Virus record (IMG/VR): IMGVR_UViG_3300034197_000024
Span: 1-37,860 of that record
Reading direction: 5' to 3' (one strand)
Length of the DNA stretch: 37,860 bases
From: a virus
Lineage: Duplodnaviria; Caudoviricetes
Shown: positions 7,149 through 17,038 of the stretch, piece by piece
Numbering within the stretch: the first letter of the stretch is position 1
Layout of the letters: every line of letters begins with the position of its first letter
Made by a program: the position numbers and the translations under genes
The notes under the pieces: generated by a model
The model's database searches: none
The model's input: the letters and a program-made list of their open reading frames with translations, nothing else
What the model was told of the DNA's origin: nothing

Positions 7149-7922
7149 GTGCCATCTGCGCTCCAAGGCCTCGCGATCATCGACCTGCGTGGCGACCTGC
7201 CGCCCCCACTCACCCGCGCGCCTGCGACGAATGCGCCGCAGCCCCGTCGTACCCGCACCACCTTCGGGGTCCTGCACTACAATGGCCCCGCTGCCCCCAC
7301 CCGCGCCGGCGGCACGCGGGCCGAGATCGTCGGCTGGCTCCGCGACACCATTATCCCGAATCATATCAGTCGCATCGGTGCCGACGGCGTGCAGTATCAC
7401 GCCTGGATCGGCCGCGACGGCACGATCTACCAACTCCGCGATTGGGATATGGAGCTCTGGCACTGCGGCGATCTGGACGGCAACCGCGCGAGTGTGGCGC
7501 TGCATGTCCCGATCGGGCAGGGCCAGCAGCCGAGCCCCCAGCAGCTCGCCAGCGCGGGCCGCTTCTTCGACGCCGTCGTCACTGACTACGCGATCAGCGC
7601 GGGCCGGAGCGCCATCAAAGGGCATCTTGAATTTGCGCCCTCGGAGTGCCCGGGCCCCGTGCTGATGGGCTGGCTGACGAGCTGGCGTACCCAGGCCGGC
7701 GATCCCTTCGCCGCGTGGGGCACGAAGGGCTTCCCGATCCAGGCCCACGAGCGCGCGTGGGCACCCGCACAGGTCTGGCTGCACGTCGCCCGCAGCCTCG
7801 GTGCCGCCCTCTCGCCCCACGTCTACCCCTACGGCGATAGCCGCTACGTCTATGTGCTCTTCGAGCGTGGCGTCATCTCGCAGTGGGAGAACCGCGCGCC
7901 GAGTGTGCAAGGAGCGCCCTAA
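7149..7922 (+). CDS. Endolysin, N-acetylmuramoyl-L-alanine amidase (Amidase_2/PGRP-like) with C-terminal putative binding domain
   Basis: Zn-amidase motifs VLHY, YHAWIGRDGTIYQ, WHCG..GN..S, IKGH, ECPG. Confidence 0.88.
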   Translation: MPSALQGLAIIDLRGDLPPPLTRAPATNAPQPRRTRTTFGVLHYNGPAAPTRAGGTRAEIVGWLRDTIIPNHISRIGADGVQYHAWIGRDGTIYQLRDWDMELWHCGDLDGNRASVALHVPIGQGQQPSPQQLASAGRFFDAVVTDYAISAGRSAIKGHLEFAPSECPGPVLMGWLTSWRTQAGDPFAAWGTKGFPIQAHERAWAPAQVWLHVARSLGAALSPHVYPYGDSRYVYVLFERGVISQWENRAPSVQGAP

Positions 7923-8506
7923 TGCTGCGTATGCTCCTCCTCCTTGGGTGCTTCCCCGGACTTGTCCTTGCGCTTGCCGCCGTGCTCCTCCTGACCCCGG
8001 TGCAGGCCGCGCCGCCCACGCCCACGCCCACACCCCCAGCAGCCCCGGCGGGCTTAGAGCCTGACCTGGAGGGCCGCAGTAACGGTCGTATCCGGGCGAT
8101 TGCGGTGCGGAGCGCCGACGGCCTCGACCTCGTGTGCTCGCTGTATGAAGGCGCAAAGCTCACGAACGTCCAGATGGGGGTGGTCTGGCGCTGCGACAAT
8201 GAGGCAGGCTGGCGACAGCTCGCCGACTTGAGCGCCCAGCACCCCGGCGTGACGCCGCTGCCCCTCTATGGCGGCACCGCGACGCTCGACGAGCCGCGCG
8301 GCATCTTGAGTGCTGACCTGGTTGCGGCCTACGGAAGCCTCTGGCTGACGTACACCTCACCCCGCGCTGACGATACGAACGTGAACAATACCGAGCAGGG
8401 CGTTCGGAACCTCAACGTGCCGCTCGACACCAGCCCCGTGCGGGTGTTGCTGGTCGAGCGTGGAACCTTGCCGATTGTGACGATAGCGCCGACAACGGCG
8501 CAGTAG
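7922..8506 (+). CDS. Secreted or membrane protein in lysis cassette
   Basis: TAATG coupling to the amidase. Signal peptide ending VQA, then PT linker. Confidence 0.7.
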   Translation: MLRMLLLLGCFPGLVLALAAVLLLTPVQAAPPTPTPTPPAAPAGLEPDLEGRSNGRIRAIAVRSADGLDLVCSLYEGAKLTNVQMGVVWRCDNEAGWRQLADLSAQHPGVTPLPLYGGTATLDEPRGILSADLVAAYGSLWLTYTSPRADDTNVNNTEQGVRNLNVPLDTSPVRVLLVERGTLPIVTIAPTTAQ

Positions 8507-8512
8507 GGACGT

Positions 8513-8929
8513 ATGACGTACGACACCACCTGGCGAGACGAAGACGACGCGCAGATTAACGCGGTCGCAGCCGCGCACCCGGAGCTGGCGGTTGTGATTA
8601 CCGCGCTCGCCAATATCAGCCAGGGCATCATCGGGCGTTCGCAGTTGCGTACGAAAGAGCTGAAGGAGCAGATCTTGACCGCGATTGGCGGCCTGGCCGC
8701 GTCGATCGAGGAGCTGAAGGCCGAGCGCGGCCAGGCGGGGCAGGATTTGCGCGGCACGCTCGCCTCGATCCAGACGCAGCTCGGCGCGCTCGCGCACGAC
8801 GTCCACCGTACGCTCGCGTCGGTCGACGATTTGCAGCACTGGCGCGAGAAGGTCGAGCAGCGCTTGACCGCGCTGGAACGGGGTCAGGGCCTCCAGCGCC
8901 AGCGGCCCTTGGTCGAGAACGACCGCTAG
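8513..8929 (+). CDS. Coiled-coil hypothetical protein (lysis region)
   Basis: 138-aa heptad-rich ORF with AGGGA RBS. Confidence 0.7.
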   Translation: MTYDTTWRDEDDAQINAVAAAHPELAVVITALANISQGIIGRSQLRTKELKEQILTAIGGLAASIEELKAERGQAGQDLRGTLASIQTQLGALAHDVHRTLASVDDLQHWREKVEQRLTALERGQGLQRQRPLVENDR

Positions 8930-9267
8930 TGACCCCCGAGCGTCAGCACATCGGCGACGCCGTGGCGGGGAACGCCGCCCAGCGCGACAGTGCGGGGCGC
9001 GATGTGCTGAACACCTGGGTGCAGCAGTCCCCCGAGCTGACCAGCCTCGACCGGCTGCACACCAAGGTCGACGAACTCACTGACCGGGTGATCCACGGGG
9101 ACGAACGCATCGACGAGCTGTGGACGGAGCTGCACGAGCTCCGGAAGCTCACGATGCGTCTCTACGGGGCCGTGGCCTCGGATACGGATCGCAACATTCA
9201 GTACACGCGCCTGGTGGTGCTGCTGATCGTCGTGATTGAGGTGCTGGTACGCGTATGGCCGACCTAA
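8929..9267 (+). CDS. Coiled-coil protein with C-terminal TM helix (holin candidate)
   Basis: LVVLLIVVIEVLVRVW at the C-terminus. Lies in the lysis cassette. Confidence 0.55.
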   Translation: MTPERQHIGDAVAGNAAQRDSAGRDVLNTWVQQSPELTSLDRLHTKVDELTDRVIHGDERIDELWTELHELRKLTMRLYGAVASDTDRNIQYTRLVVLLIVVIEVLVRVWPT

Positions 9268-9776
9268 CCCCTAAACAAGCCCTCTTCGTCGCCCACTACG
9301 TCGCGTGCTGGAATGCGACCGAAGCCGCGCGGCGTGCGGGCTATGCGGCGGGCGGCATTGGCCAGGCTGCCCATAAGTTGCTGAAAAATGCTGAAATTCA
9401 GGCCGCTATTGCAGTAGCCCTCGACGAGGTGATGCCCGCCTCGGAGGTGCTGACCCGGCTCGCCCAGCACGCGCGCAGCGACATCCGCGACTTCCTGGCC
9501 TTCGACGCCGACGGCAAGGTGCTGGGCCTCCAGCTCGACCGTGCTGCCCCCTTGCACCTGGTCAAAAGCATCACGCCGACGAAGTACGGCGACAAGGTCG
9601 AGCTGCACGACCCGCAAGCGGCACTGACGCAGCTCGGCAAGTACCACAAGTTGTGGACTGACCGCATTGAACTGGGTGGCGATATCGACTGGACGCGGGT
9701 GCCGGATGAAGTGCTCGACGCCTACCGTGCAGGGAAGCTGAGTCTCGATGACGTTCGCCGCAGCCTCACATCCTGA
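9255..9776 (+). CDS. terS: Terminase small subunit
   Basis: LTPKQALFVAHY..WNATEAARRAGY...LLKNAEIQAAI is the classic Terminase_2 N-terminus. Confidence 0.92.
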   Translation: MADLTPKQALFVAHYVACWNATEAARRAGYAAGGIGQAAHKLLKNAEIQAAIAVALDEVMPASEVLTRLAQHARSDIRDFLAFDADGKVLGLQLDRAAPLHLVKSITPTKYGDKVELHDPQAALTQLGKYHKLWTDRIELGGDIDWTRVPDEVLDAYRAGKLSLDDVRRSLTS

Positions 9777-11091
9777 TCTCCAGGCCCGCGCCAGTGCCGA
9801 AGCAGAGGCGCGGCGTCGCCGTGTCCAGACGTTCCAGCCGGTGTTTCGTGGCAATGCGGCCATTCTGCAGGACGCAACCGACCACGAGCTGATGCTGGCA
9901 GGTCCAGCGGAGACGGGCAAGACCTTCGCCACATGCTGGCACCTCGACACGCTGCTGCGCCGCTACGCGGGCAGCCGCGGCGCGCTGGTGCGTAAGACGC
10001 GCGCCAGTATGGACGCGACGGTGCTCCAAACGTACCGGGGCGTGGCCGCGCGGCGTGGCGGGATCCATCCCTACGGCGGCTCGAAGCCGGAATGGTTCGA
10101 CTATGGCGGTGGTAGTCGGCTGTATGTCGTCGGGATGGATAAGCCGGAGAAAGTCCTCTCGGGCGAGTTCGACTTCATCTATGTGAACCAGGCCGAAGAA
10201 CTGAGCCTGCACGACTGGGAGACCTTGACCACGCGCGCCACGGGCCGCGCAGGCAATGCGCCGCCGCAGATCTTTGGCGACTGCAACCCCGGCCCGCCCC
10301 TGCACTGGATCCGCCAGCGGGCACCGCTGCGGTTCCTAGAGAGCCGCCACGGCGATAACCCAACGCTCTACGACGAGGCGGGGCAGCTTACCGACCGTGG
10401 CCAGCGCACCATGCAGGTGCTCGACGCGCTCACCGGCGTGCGCTACCACCGGCTGCGGCACGGGCGTTGGGTCGGCGCGGAGGGCGTGGTGTATGAGGAC
10501 TACGATCCGACGATCCACCTGATCGACCGCTTCCCGATCCCACCCGACTGGCGGCGCATTCGGGTGATCGACTTTGGCTATACGAACCCCTTCGTGTGTC
10601 AGTGGTGGGCGATTGATGGCGACGGGCGCATGTACCGCTACCGTGAAATCTATATGACGGGGCGCACGGTGCGCGCCCATCTCGCCACCATTCAGCACGA
10701 GTCGGCGGGCGAGCAGTATGAGGCCACGATTGCCGATCACGACGCGGAAGACCGCGCTACGCTGGCCGAGGGCGGCATCGTGACACTGGCCGCCACCAAG
10801 ACGGTCAGCCCGGGCATTCAGAATGTGCAAGAGCGATTGCGGCGGGCCAGCGACGGGCGTCCGCGCATGGTCTTCTTGCGCGACAGCCTGGTCGAGCGTG
10901 ACGCGAGCCTGGCGGACGCGAAGAAGCCAACCTGTACCGAAGAGGAGTTCGACGGCTACATCTGGCAACCGGGTGCTGATGGGCGTCCCCAGAAAGAGCA
11001 ACCGCTGAAGCTGCACGACCACGGCATGGATACCGCGCGCTACGGGGCGATGTATGTCGATGGGGCACAGGTGAACCTGCGATGGCTGTAA
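9748..11091 (+). CDS. terL: Terminase large subunit
   Basis: Walker A GPAETGKT, Walker B-like FIYVNQAEE, coupling motif DCNP, nuclease IDFGYTNP and DHGMDTARY. Confidence 0.93.
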   Translation: MTFAAASHPDLQARASAEAEARRRRVQTFQPVFRGNAAILQDATDHELMLAGPAETGKTFATCWHLDTLLRRYAGSRGALVRKTRASMDATVLQTYRGVAARRGGIHPYGGSKPEWFDYGGGSRLYVVGMDKPEKVLSGEFDFIYVNQAEELSLHDWETLTTRATGRAGNAPPQIFGDCNPGPPLHWIRQRAPLRFLESRHGDNPTLYDEAGQLTDRGQRTMQVLDALTGVRYHRLRHGRWVGAEGVVYEDYDPTIHLIDRFPIPPDWRRIRVIDFGYTNPFVCQWWAIDGDGRMYRYREIYMTGRTVRAHLATIQHESAGEQYEATIADHDAEDRATLAEGGIVTLAATKTVSPGIQNVQERLRRASDGRPRMVFLRDSLVERDASLADAKKPTCTEEEFDGYIWQPGADGRPQKEQPLKLHDHGMDTARYGAMYVDGAQVNLRWL

Positions 11092-12491
11092 TGACCCGCG
11101 TCCGCTACTGGCTGGCGCGCCGCCAGGCGAAAGCGGCCGAGCTGCCCTTTATCCCGAGCTGGATTAAAACCTCCTGGCTCGATCCGTCGTTCGACCGCCT
11201 CACACGCGAGGGCTACAAGGCCAACGCGGCGGTCTATGGCTGCATCTCCGCGTTGACCTTCGCGTTTCCGGAAGCGCCGCTCGTGGTCAGTCAGCTGGCG
11301 GGTGATCCGCTCCCGCGCCATCCGCTCCAGCTCCTGCTGCAACGCCCGAACCCGCTCCTGAGTGAGGCCGAGCTCGCGCTGATTGTCGCCACCTACCTCA
11401 GCATCGGCGGCAACTGCTACCTGCATAAGATCCGCAGCGGGGCAGGCCTGCCCGTCGAGCTCTGGCCCTATCACGCGGGCCAGATGCGCCCCGTACCAAG
11501 CCCAACCGCCTGGGTGGACGCCTATGAGTACACCGACGGCTCTGGCGTCTGGCACCGTGTCCCTGCGGCGGATATCGTGCATCTGCGCTGGCCCTCGGTC
11601 GATCCCGAGCAGCCCTGGCTGGCCCTGCCGCCACTGCGGGCCGTGGCGCGCGAAGTCGACACCGATACGGAGGCCACCCGCTATCTGTATGCCCTGCTCG
11701 TCAACGACGCGATGCCGCGCGCGGCCATCACCCTGCCACCCGGTGTCACCCTGACCGATGCCCAGTTCGCGCGCCTCCAGCAGCAATGGCAGTCGCGGCA
11801 CGGGGGCGATAACCGGGGCCGCGCGGCCTTCCTGGAGGGCGGGGCCACGGTCGAGCGCCTGGCGCTCAGTATGGAAGAACTGGCCTTCGACGCGCTGCGC
11901 CGGGTGCCGGAGACGCGGATCGCGATGGCGTTCCGCGTACCGGCGATCATCGCCGGCCTGAACGCAGGGCTCGAGAAAGCGACCTATGCCAACTTTGCCG
12001 AAGCACGCCGCATGTTCGTCGAGAACACGCTGGTGCCGCTCTGGCGGCTGATTGCGGACACGATTGAGCAGGATCTGGGGGCCGAGTTCGGCGGCAATCT
12101 GCTGGTGCGGCATGACCTGGGGCGGGTCGGGGCGCTCCAGGAGAACGAAGACGCCAAGTACACGCGCGTCCTGGGGGCCTGGGAGAGTGGCCTCATCACC
12201 CGCAACGAGGGACGGCAGGCGCTGGGACTGCCGCGCGTGGAAGATCTGCGACTGGGTCCGGGTGCGCCAGCCCTGCCACCCGGTGACACCTTCACCGGAC
12301 AACCCACCGCCGCGCCGCAGATCGTCGACGTCACGCCCACCACCACCACCACCACCACCAGCGGCCAGCGCCGTCTGAAGGCGGCGGGAACGGCACCCGA
12401 CGCGATTGAGCGACGGATCCAGCGCACCGTACAGCGCTATCTTCGTCAGCAGTATGCGGCCGCTGCGGCTGCGGTGGAGGCACACGGATGA
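11091..12491 (+). CDS. Portal protein (HK97 family)
   Basis: NAAVYGCI, LLQRPNP, GNCY, RIAMAFRVP, ITRNEGRQALGL. TAATG coupling (alternative start 11082). Confidence 0.92.
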   Translation: MTRVRYWLARRQAKAAELPFIPSWIKTSWLDPSFDRLTREGYKANAAVYGCISALTFAFPEAPLVVSQLAGDPLPRHPLQLLLQRPNPLLSEAELALIVATYLSIGGNCYLHKIRSGAGLPVELWPYHAGQMRPVPSPTAWVDAYEYTDGSGVWHRVPAADIVHLRWPSVDPEQPWLALPPLRAVAREVDTDTEATRYLYALLVNDAMPRAAITLPPGVTLTDAQFARLQQQWQSRHGGDNRGRAAFLEGGATVERLALSMEELAFDALRRVPETRIAMAFRVPAIIAGLNAGLEKATYANFAEARRMFVENTLVPLWRLIADTIEQDLGAEFGGNLLVRHDLGRVGALQENEDAKYTRVLGAWESGLITRNEGRQALGLPRVEDLRLGPGAPALPPGDTFTGQPTAAPQIVDVTPTTTTTTTSGQRRLKAAGTAPDAIERRIQRTVQRYLRQQYAAAAAAVEAHG

Positions 12492-13042
12492 CGATCGACG
12501 TCGACCAACTTCCGCTCGATCTGGGTGACGAGATTGCCCGGCTGATGCGCCGCTTCTACCCGCTGCTGATCTCGCGCGCGTTCGGCGACGCATCGGGCGT
12601 GCTGGGCATTGACCTGGCCTACGACCTCGAAAACCCCTTCGTGCAAGAAGTGCTCGATCAGCTCGCCAAGCAGGTGCGGAGCGTGGCCGAGACAACCCGC
12701 GACGATATCCGGTGGCTGGTTGGGCAGGCCGCAAGCGAGGGGTGGAGCACGGCGGATCTGGCCCGCGAACTGCGCCAGCTCGGCGAGACGTTGAGTAGCA
12801 GCCGGGCCGACGTCATTGCGCGCACGGAGACGGCGACGGCCTACAGCCGGGGATCGCTCCTGGCGTTTGAAGAGTCGGGTGTGGTCAGCGCGGTCGAGTG
12901 GCTGGCCGGGCCTGATGAGTGCGACATCTGCCAGCCGCTGAGCGGGACGCGTGTGGCCTTGGGCGAGCCGTTTGCGGACGGGATACTACATCCACCCCTG
13001 CACCCGAATTGCCGGTGTGCGCTCGCGCCGATTGTGGAGTAA
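12488..13042 (+). CDS. Minor head protein (Mu gpF / SPP1 gp7-like)
   Basis: RADVIARTETATAY, CDIC, HPPLHPNCRC. Confidence 0.9.
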   Translation: MTIDVDQLPLDLGDEIARLMRRFYPLLISRAFGDASGVLGIDLAYDLENPFVQEVLDQLAKQVRSVAETTRDDIRWLVGQAASEGWSTADLARELRQLGETLSSSRADVIARTETATAYSRGSLLAFEESGVVSAVEWLAGPDECDICQPLSGTRVALGEPFADGILHPPLHPNCRCALAPIVE

Positions 13043-13046
13043 GCCA

Positions 13047-13829
13047 GTGGAATATAAGCACCTCCCTCAATTCATCAAGGATATCAGTGGCCGCCAGGTG
13101 GTTGGGATCTTCGCCGTCCACGGCAACATCGACGAGGGCGGCGACCGCTCCTGGCCGGGGTCGTTTGCCAATGTCGCCGTGAACGGACGCACGCGCGCCC
13201 GCTTCGTCTGGCAGCACCGCACCGATGAGCCGCCGATTGCGGCGATCACGAGCATCCGCGAGGTCGACCGCACCGGACTGCCGTCCGCCGTGTTGGGCTA
13301 TGCGCCCGATGCGACCGGCGGCGTGGAGGTCACCCGCGCGTATCTGGACACGCCGCGCGGGAGCGAGGTCTTAGCCGGTATCCAGGCCGGGGCGATTGAC
13401 GAGATGAGCTACGCCTACGATGCAACCCGCTTCGACTTCGAGGCGGTCGAGGGCAAGGGCCAGGTGCGTAATATTCGCGAGGTCAAGCTCTACGATATCT
13501 CGGATGTGCTCTGGGGCATGAACCCGGCGACCGTGGGGTCGAAGGTGCTTCCCCTTGAAGACGAACATCAGGCCGCGCTTGCTGCGGTCGATGGCTATAT
13601 GACGCGCCTCCGGGCGCTGCACTCCCTGCGTGCCAAGGAGGGCAGAACCCTGTCGGACGTCAACCGCAAGCGCATCTCGGGCGCAATCGAGGCAATGAGC
13701 GCCGCGATTGGTGACCTGAAGGAGTTGCTGGCGGCGACCGAACCCAAGTCATTCCGCGACACACACATGCTGCGGGCAGAGTGGGAGCGCACGCGCGCCC
13801 GGCTGCGCCAGCTGGGAGTACCGACATGA
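13047..13829 (+). CDS. HK97-type prohead protease
   Basis: GNIDEGGD..PGSF, WQH, EMSYAY, LYDISDVLWGMNPAT. GTG 13047 with GGAG RBS. Confidence 0.88.
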   Translation: MEYKHLPQFIKDISGRQVVGIFAVHGNIDEGGDRSWPGSFANVAVNGRTRARFVWQHRTDEPPIAAITSIREVDRTGLPSAVLGYAPDATGGVEVTRAYLDTPRGSEVLAGIQAGAIDEMSYAYDATRFDFEAVEGKGQVRNIREVKLYDISDVLWGMNPATVGSKVLPLEDEHQAALAAVDGYMTRLRALHSLRAKEGRTLSDVNRKRISGAIEAMSAAIGDLKELLAATEPKSFRDTHMLRAEWERTRARLRQLGVPT

Positions 13830-15118
13830 GTCAACGACTACAGGCAGCCACGGCCGAGATTGCAACCCTCTCGGCCACGGTCAGCGGCATCTGGGACAAG
13901 GCTGGCGATGACGCCCTTGACGAGAAGACCAAGCAGGAGGTCATCACCGCCAACAAACGGATCGAGGAGCTGGAGCACGAAGTCAAGGAGCTCCAGGATC
14001 AGCAGCAGCTGCGGGCGCAGGCCCAGCAGCGCCAGGAGCGCTACAACCAGCCCGCGACCTCGCGGCTGGCCACACCCAACAGCGGGAAGCGCGAGACTCC
14101 GGGGGAGCAGGCCGCGCGGGCGCTGAGCCTGGGTGAGCGCGTGCTGGGCGACGCGGAGTTCAAGGCCTGGCACGAGAGCCTTGTCCGCAACGGGCATATC
14201 CCCGAGCGGGCGCGCATCCACAGCCCGGGCGTCCCGATCGCGGGCGGGCTGAAGACGCTTATCACCGGCGCGTCGGCGACGTCGGCGGGCGCGCTCGTCA
14301 ATCCGGCACTGCTGGGACTGCTGGATACCGGCACCTTCCAGCGGCCGCTCACGATCCGCAGCCTGATCACGACCGGCACAACCGCCTCTGACGCTATCGA
14401 CTACGTGCTGATGGGCACGCCCACGAATAACGCGGCGGTCGTTGCCGAGGCCACGGCCACCAGTGGCGCGTCGGGCGCGAAGCCCGAGTCGGCGATGGCG
14501 CTCTCGACCGCAACCACCACCGTGAAGACCATCGCGCACTGGATCCCCATCACGCGCCGCGCCCTGGCCGACGCGCCCCAGGTGCGGTCGATGATCGACA
14601 GCTTTCTGCTCTACGGCCTCGACGAGGAACTGGAAGACCAGATCCTGAACGGCGACGGCGTGGGCGAGAACTTCACCGGCATCACCAACACCTCGGGCAC
14701 GCAGACGCAGGCCTGGGATACCGACCTTCTGACCACAACCCGCAAGGCACGCACGAAGGTGCGCGTGACAGGCCGTGCGCAGCCGAGCGCATATCTGATG
14801 CACCCCAACGACTGGGAGCGGCTGGATCTGCTCCAGGACAACGAGGCGCGCTACTTCTTCGGCGGGCCGTCCGTGCTCGGCAATGCGCGCCTGTGGGGGC
14901 TGCCTGTGGTGGAGAGCGAGGCACAGGTCGAGGGTGCCGGGATCTGCGCCGACTGGCGCTGGGCCATGCTCTGGGACCGCGAGCAGGCCAATATCCTGAT
15001 CAGCGACTCGCACGCCGACTTCTTCATTCGCAACCTGCTCGCCATTCTGGCCGAGCTGCGCGCCGCGTTTACGGTCATCCGTCCGGCGGCGTTCGTCGAG
15101 ATTGACCTGACCGCGTAA
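13826..15118 (+). CDS. Major capsid protein (HK97 fold, N-terminal coiled-coil delta domain)
   Basis: AKPES, VKTIAHWIPITRRAL, QILNGDG, MHPNDW, LWGLPVV, FIRNLLAILAELR. Confidence 0.95.
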   Translation: MSQRLQAATAEIATLSATVSGIWDKAGDDALDEKTKQEVITANKRIEELEHEVKELQDQQQLRAQAQQRQERYNQPATSRLATPNSGKRETPGEQAARALSLGERVLGDAEFKAWHESLVRNGHIPERARIHSPGVPIAGGLKTLITGASATSAGALVNPALLGLLDTGTFQRPLTIRSLITTGTTASDAIDYVLMGTPTNNAAVVAEATATSGASGAKPESAMALSTATTTVKTIAHWIPITRRALADAPQVRSMIDSFLLYGLDEELEDQILNGDGVGENFTGITNTSGTQTQAWDTDLLTTTRKARTKVRVTGRAQPSAYLMHPNDWERLDLLQDNEARYFFGGPSVLGNARLWGLPVVESEAQVEGAGICADWRWAMLWDREQANILISDSHADFFIRNLLAILAELRAAFTVIRPAAFVEIDLTA

Positions 15119-15160
15119 GGAGCTGGCCAGCATACTGGCGAGCAACGAAAGGGACAGAGG

Positions 15161-15520
15161 ATGACAACATTGAACGGGCGCGGTCTGCGCACGACGAGTG
15201 TCAAGACCGCGAACTATACCATCACCGCGAACGACGTGGGCAGCACCTTCACCAACGATGGCGCGTCGGGCGCCATCACGCTCGCGTTGCCGGCCGCGAC
15301 GGTTGGGCTCTGGTACCGCTTCACCGTGAAGGCGGCGCAGGAGCTGCGGATCGACCCCAACGGCACGGAGACGATTGCGCTGCCCTCGACCGGCGCGCAA
15401 TCTGCGGCGGGCAAGTACATCTCGGCGGATGCCGATGGCGAAGGGGTCGAGATCGAGTGCGTCAAGGCGGGTGTCTGGCAAGCGCGCTATTACATCGGCA
15501 CCTGGACGGCCGAGGGTTAA
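15161..15520 (+). CDS. Putative capsid decoration protein
   Basis: Directly after the capsid gene. Beta-rich KTANYTITAND..GAITLALPAA pattern. Confidence 0.6.
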   Translation: MTTLNGRGLRTTSVKTANYTITANDVGSTFTNDGASGAITLALPAATVGLWYRFTVKAAQELRIDPNGTETIALPSTGAQSAAGKYISADADGEGVEIECVKAGVWQARYYIGTWTAEG

Positions 15521-15531
15521 GGAGGTTCTGC

Positions 15532-15816
15532 GTGGCATACCTTAAACCCGCAGCAGGCGCGGCGCGTGCGAGCGCCGCAAGCACCGAACTGGACGCACTC
15601 CTGAGTGCGATCCCTGCGGCCGTGGTGGCGGACATCGCGGCGTCGACCGACATCACCGCCGTGCCAGCATCGTTCGCCGATCTTGCGGCCGTGCGGACGT
15701 ACCTGGCTGGGGCGAACGCCGTGCCGAATATCGAAGCACGGCTCGACGCCATCGAAGCCAAGGTGAATACCATTCTGGCGCGTCTGCGCACCGTGGGCGT
15801 GCTGGCCAGTTCATGA
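15532..15816 (+). CDS. Putative head fiber protein
   Basis: GTG 15532 with AAGGAGG RBS. C-terminal KVNTILARLRTVGVLA motif typical of head-fiber proteins. Confidence 0.6.
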   Translation: MAYLKPAAGAARASAASTELDALLSAIPAAVVADIAASTDITAVPASFADLAAVRTYLAGANAVPNIEARLDAIEAKVNTILARLRTVGVLASS

Positions 15817-16130
15817 CCTGCCCGATTTGTGGCGCTGATCATACCGGGTGTGGCACCGTCGGCACGGCGCTGCACCCGATCACCCTGGAGCGACCGCCCA
15901 TGGCAACAAACCTCTGGACGTCCGACCGGCGACTCTATCTCGACGCGGCGGGGCACGTCGTCGAGGCGACCGACCCGTCCCGCGCGACACTGCTGGTTGC
16001 CGCGGGGCAGAGTCTGCCACTGGCGCAGGCCGAGGCACTGGGGCTGCTTGCACCGCCCCAGGCCGAGGAGAAGGCCAAAGCGCCGGTAATCAACAAGGCA
16101 CTCACGCCGAAGCCGAACAAGGAAGGCTAA
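15813..16130 (+). CDS. Hypothetical virion-region protein
   Basis: ATGA-coupled. Lys/Pro-rich tail NKALTPKPNK. Confidence 0.6.
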   Translation: MTCPICGADHTGCGTVGTALHPITLERPPMATNLWTSDRRLYLDAAGHVVEATDPSRATLLVAAGQSLPLAQAEALGLLAPPQAEEKAKAPVINKALTPKPNKEG

Positions 16131-16133
16131 GCC

Positions 16134-16715
16134 GTGGCCTACGCGACGATTGAGCAGCTGCGGGCCTACCTGCCGCAAATCAAAGAAACGGTGTCGCGTG
16201 ACGACCTGCTCGCCGACGTGCTCGACCGCGCGACGGCGATCGTCGATCGCGAGACGGGCCTAGCCTTCGGCACCGCAGCGGCAGGCAGTCGCACGGCCTA
16301 CGGCGACGGCACGGCTTGGCTGGTACCACCGCACTACACAGCGGGGTCATTAACGGCGGTCACGACGATCAGTGGGTGGAGCGTGCCTGCCTACACCGAA
16401 CAGGACGGGATGCTTGTCGCGCGGTCGTCGTCGGGCATCCTGGGCCTGAACCGGGCGGGCGACCCCTTCCTGGGATGGGCGGCAGGCGTGCCCTACACCG
16501 TGGCCGCAACCTTCGGCTATGCGGACGTGCCCGCCGATATCACGGAATGCACGCTGGAGCTGGCCGTGCGCATCTGGCGTGCGCGCGACGCAGGCTTCTC
16601 CGACGTCGTGGGTGTGCAGGGGGGCGGGGCCGTGGGCTATAACGGTGCGTTGCCTGCCCTCGTGAAACGTATCCTTGAGGGCTACAAGCGGCGCGAGTCG
16701 GCGGGGGTGTGGTGA
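16134..16715 (+). CDS. Head-tail connector/adaptor protein
   Basis: MAYATIEQLRAYL, FGYADVPADITEC, LPALVKRILEGY. Confidence 0.82.
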   Translation: MAYATIEQLRAYLPQIKETVSRDDLLADVLDRATAIVDRETGLAFGTAAAGSRTAYGDGTAWLVPPHYTAGSLTAVTTISGWSVPAYTEQDGMLVARSSSGILGLNRAGDPFLGWAAGVPYTVAATFGYADVPADITECTLELAVRIWRARDAGFSDVVGVQGGGAVGYNGALPALVKRILEGYKRRESAGVW

Positions 16716-17038
16716 TGACACACAATATCCGCGATCTGCTGCAGCGCCTCGACCCGGCTGCCCTCGGCCAGGTGCGCCAGCGCCTGATGCAGCGCATTGT
16801 CTACACCGGCCAGGGCGCAACGCAACGTGTCACGTATGTCCGTACGGGGCATCTGCGCCGCTCGTGGTATGCAGAGGTACAGAGTGCAGGCGAGCGCGGC
16901 ACCATCGGCACGACGGTCGATTACGCGCGCTTCCAGAAGAACGATCCCTTGGTCGAGGGAATGGCGGCCAGTGAAGACCGCATTCAGCAGTTCGTCGACC
17001 AGGCCGTCGATGAGCTGATCAAGCAGGTGGCGGGATGA
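16715..17038 (+). CDS. HK97 gp10-like neck protein
   Basis: VRTGHLRRSW...IGTTVDYARF. Confidence 0.75.
   Translation: MTHNIRDLLQRLDPAALGQVRQRLMQRIVYTGQGATQRVTYVRTGHLRRSWYAEVQSAGERGTIGTTVDYARFQKNDPLVEGMAASEDRIQQFVDQAVDELIKQVAG

Noticed and set aside
11040-15538. Long opposite-strand ORFs (11040..12734, 13838..15538; likewise 18318..19850, 31319..32947, 34367..36214)
   Set aside because: Shadow ORFs of high-GC genes: Arg/Gly-rich, no motifs, and fully overlapping well-supported genes.
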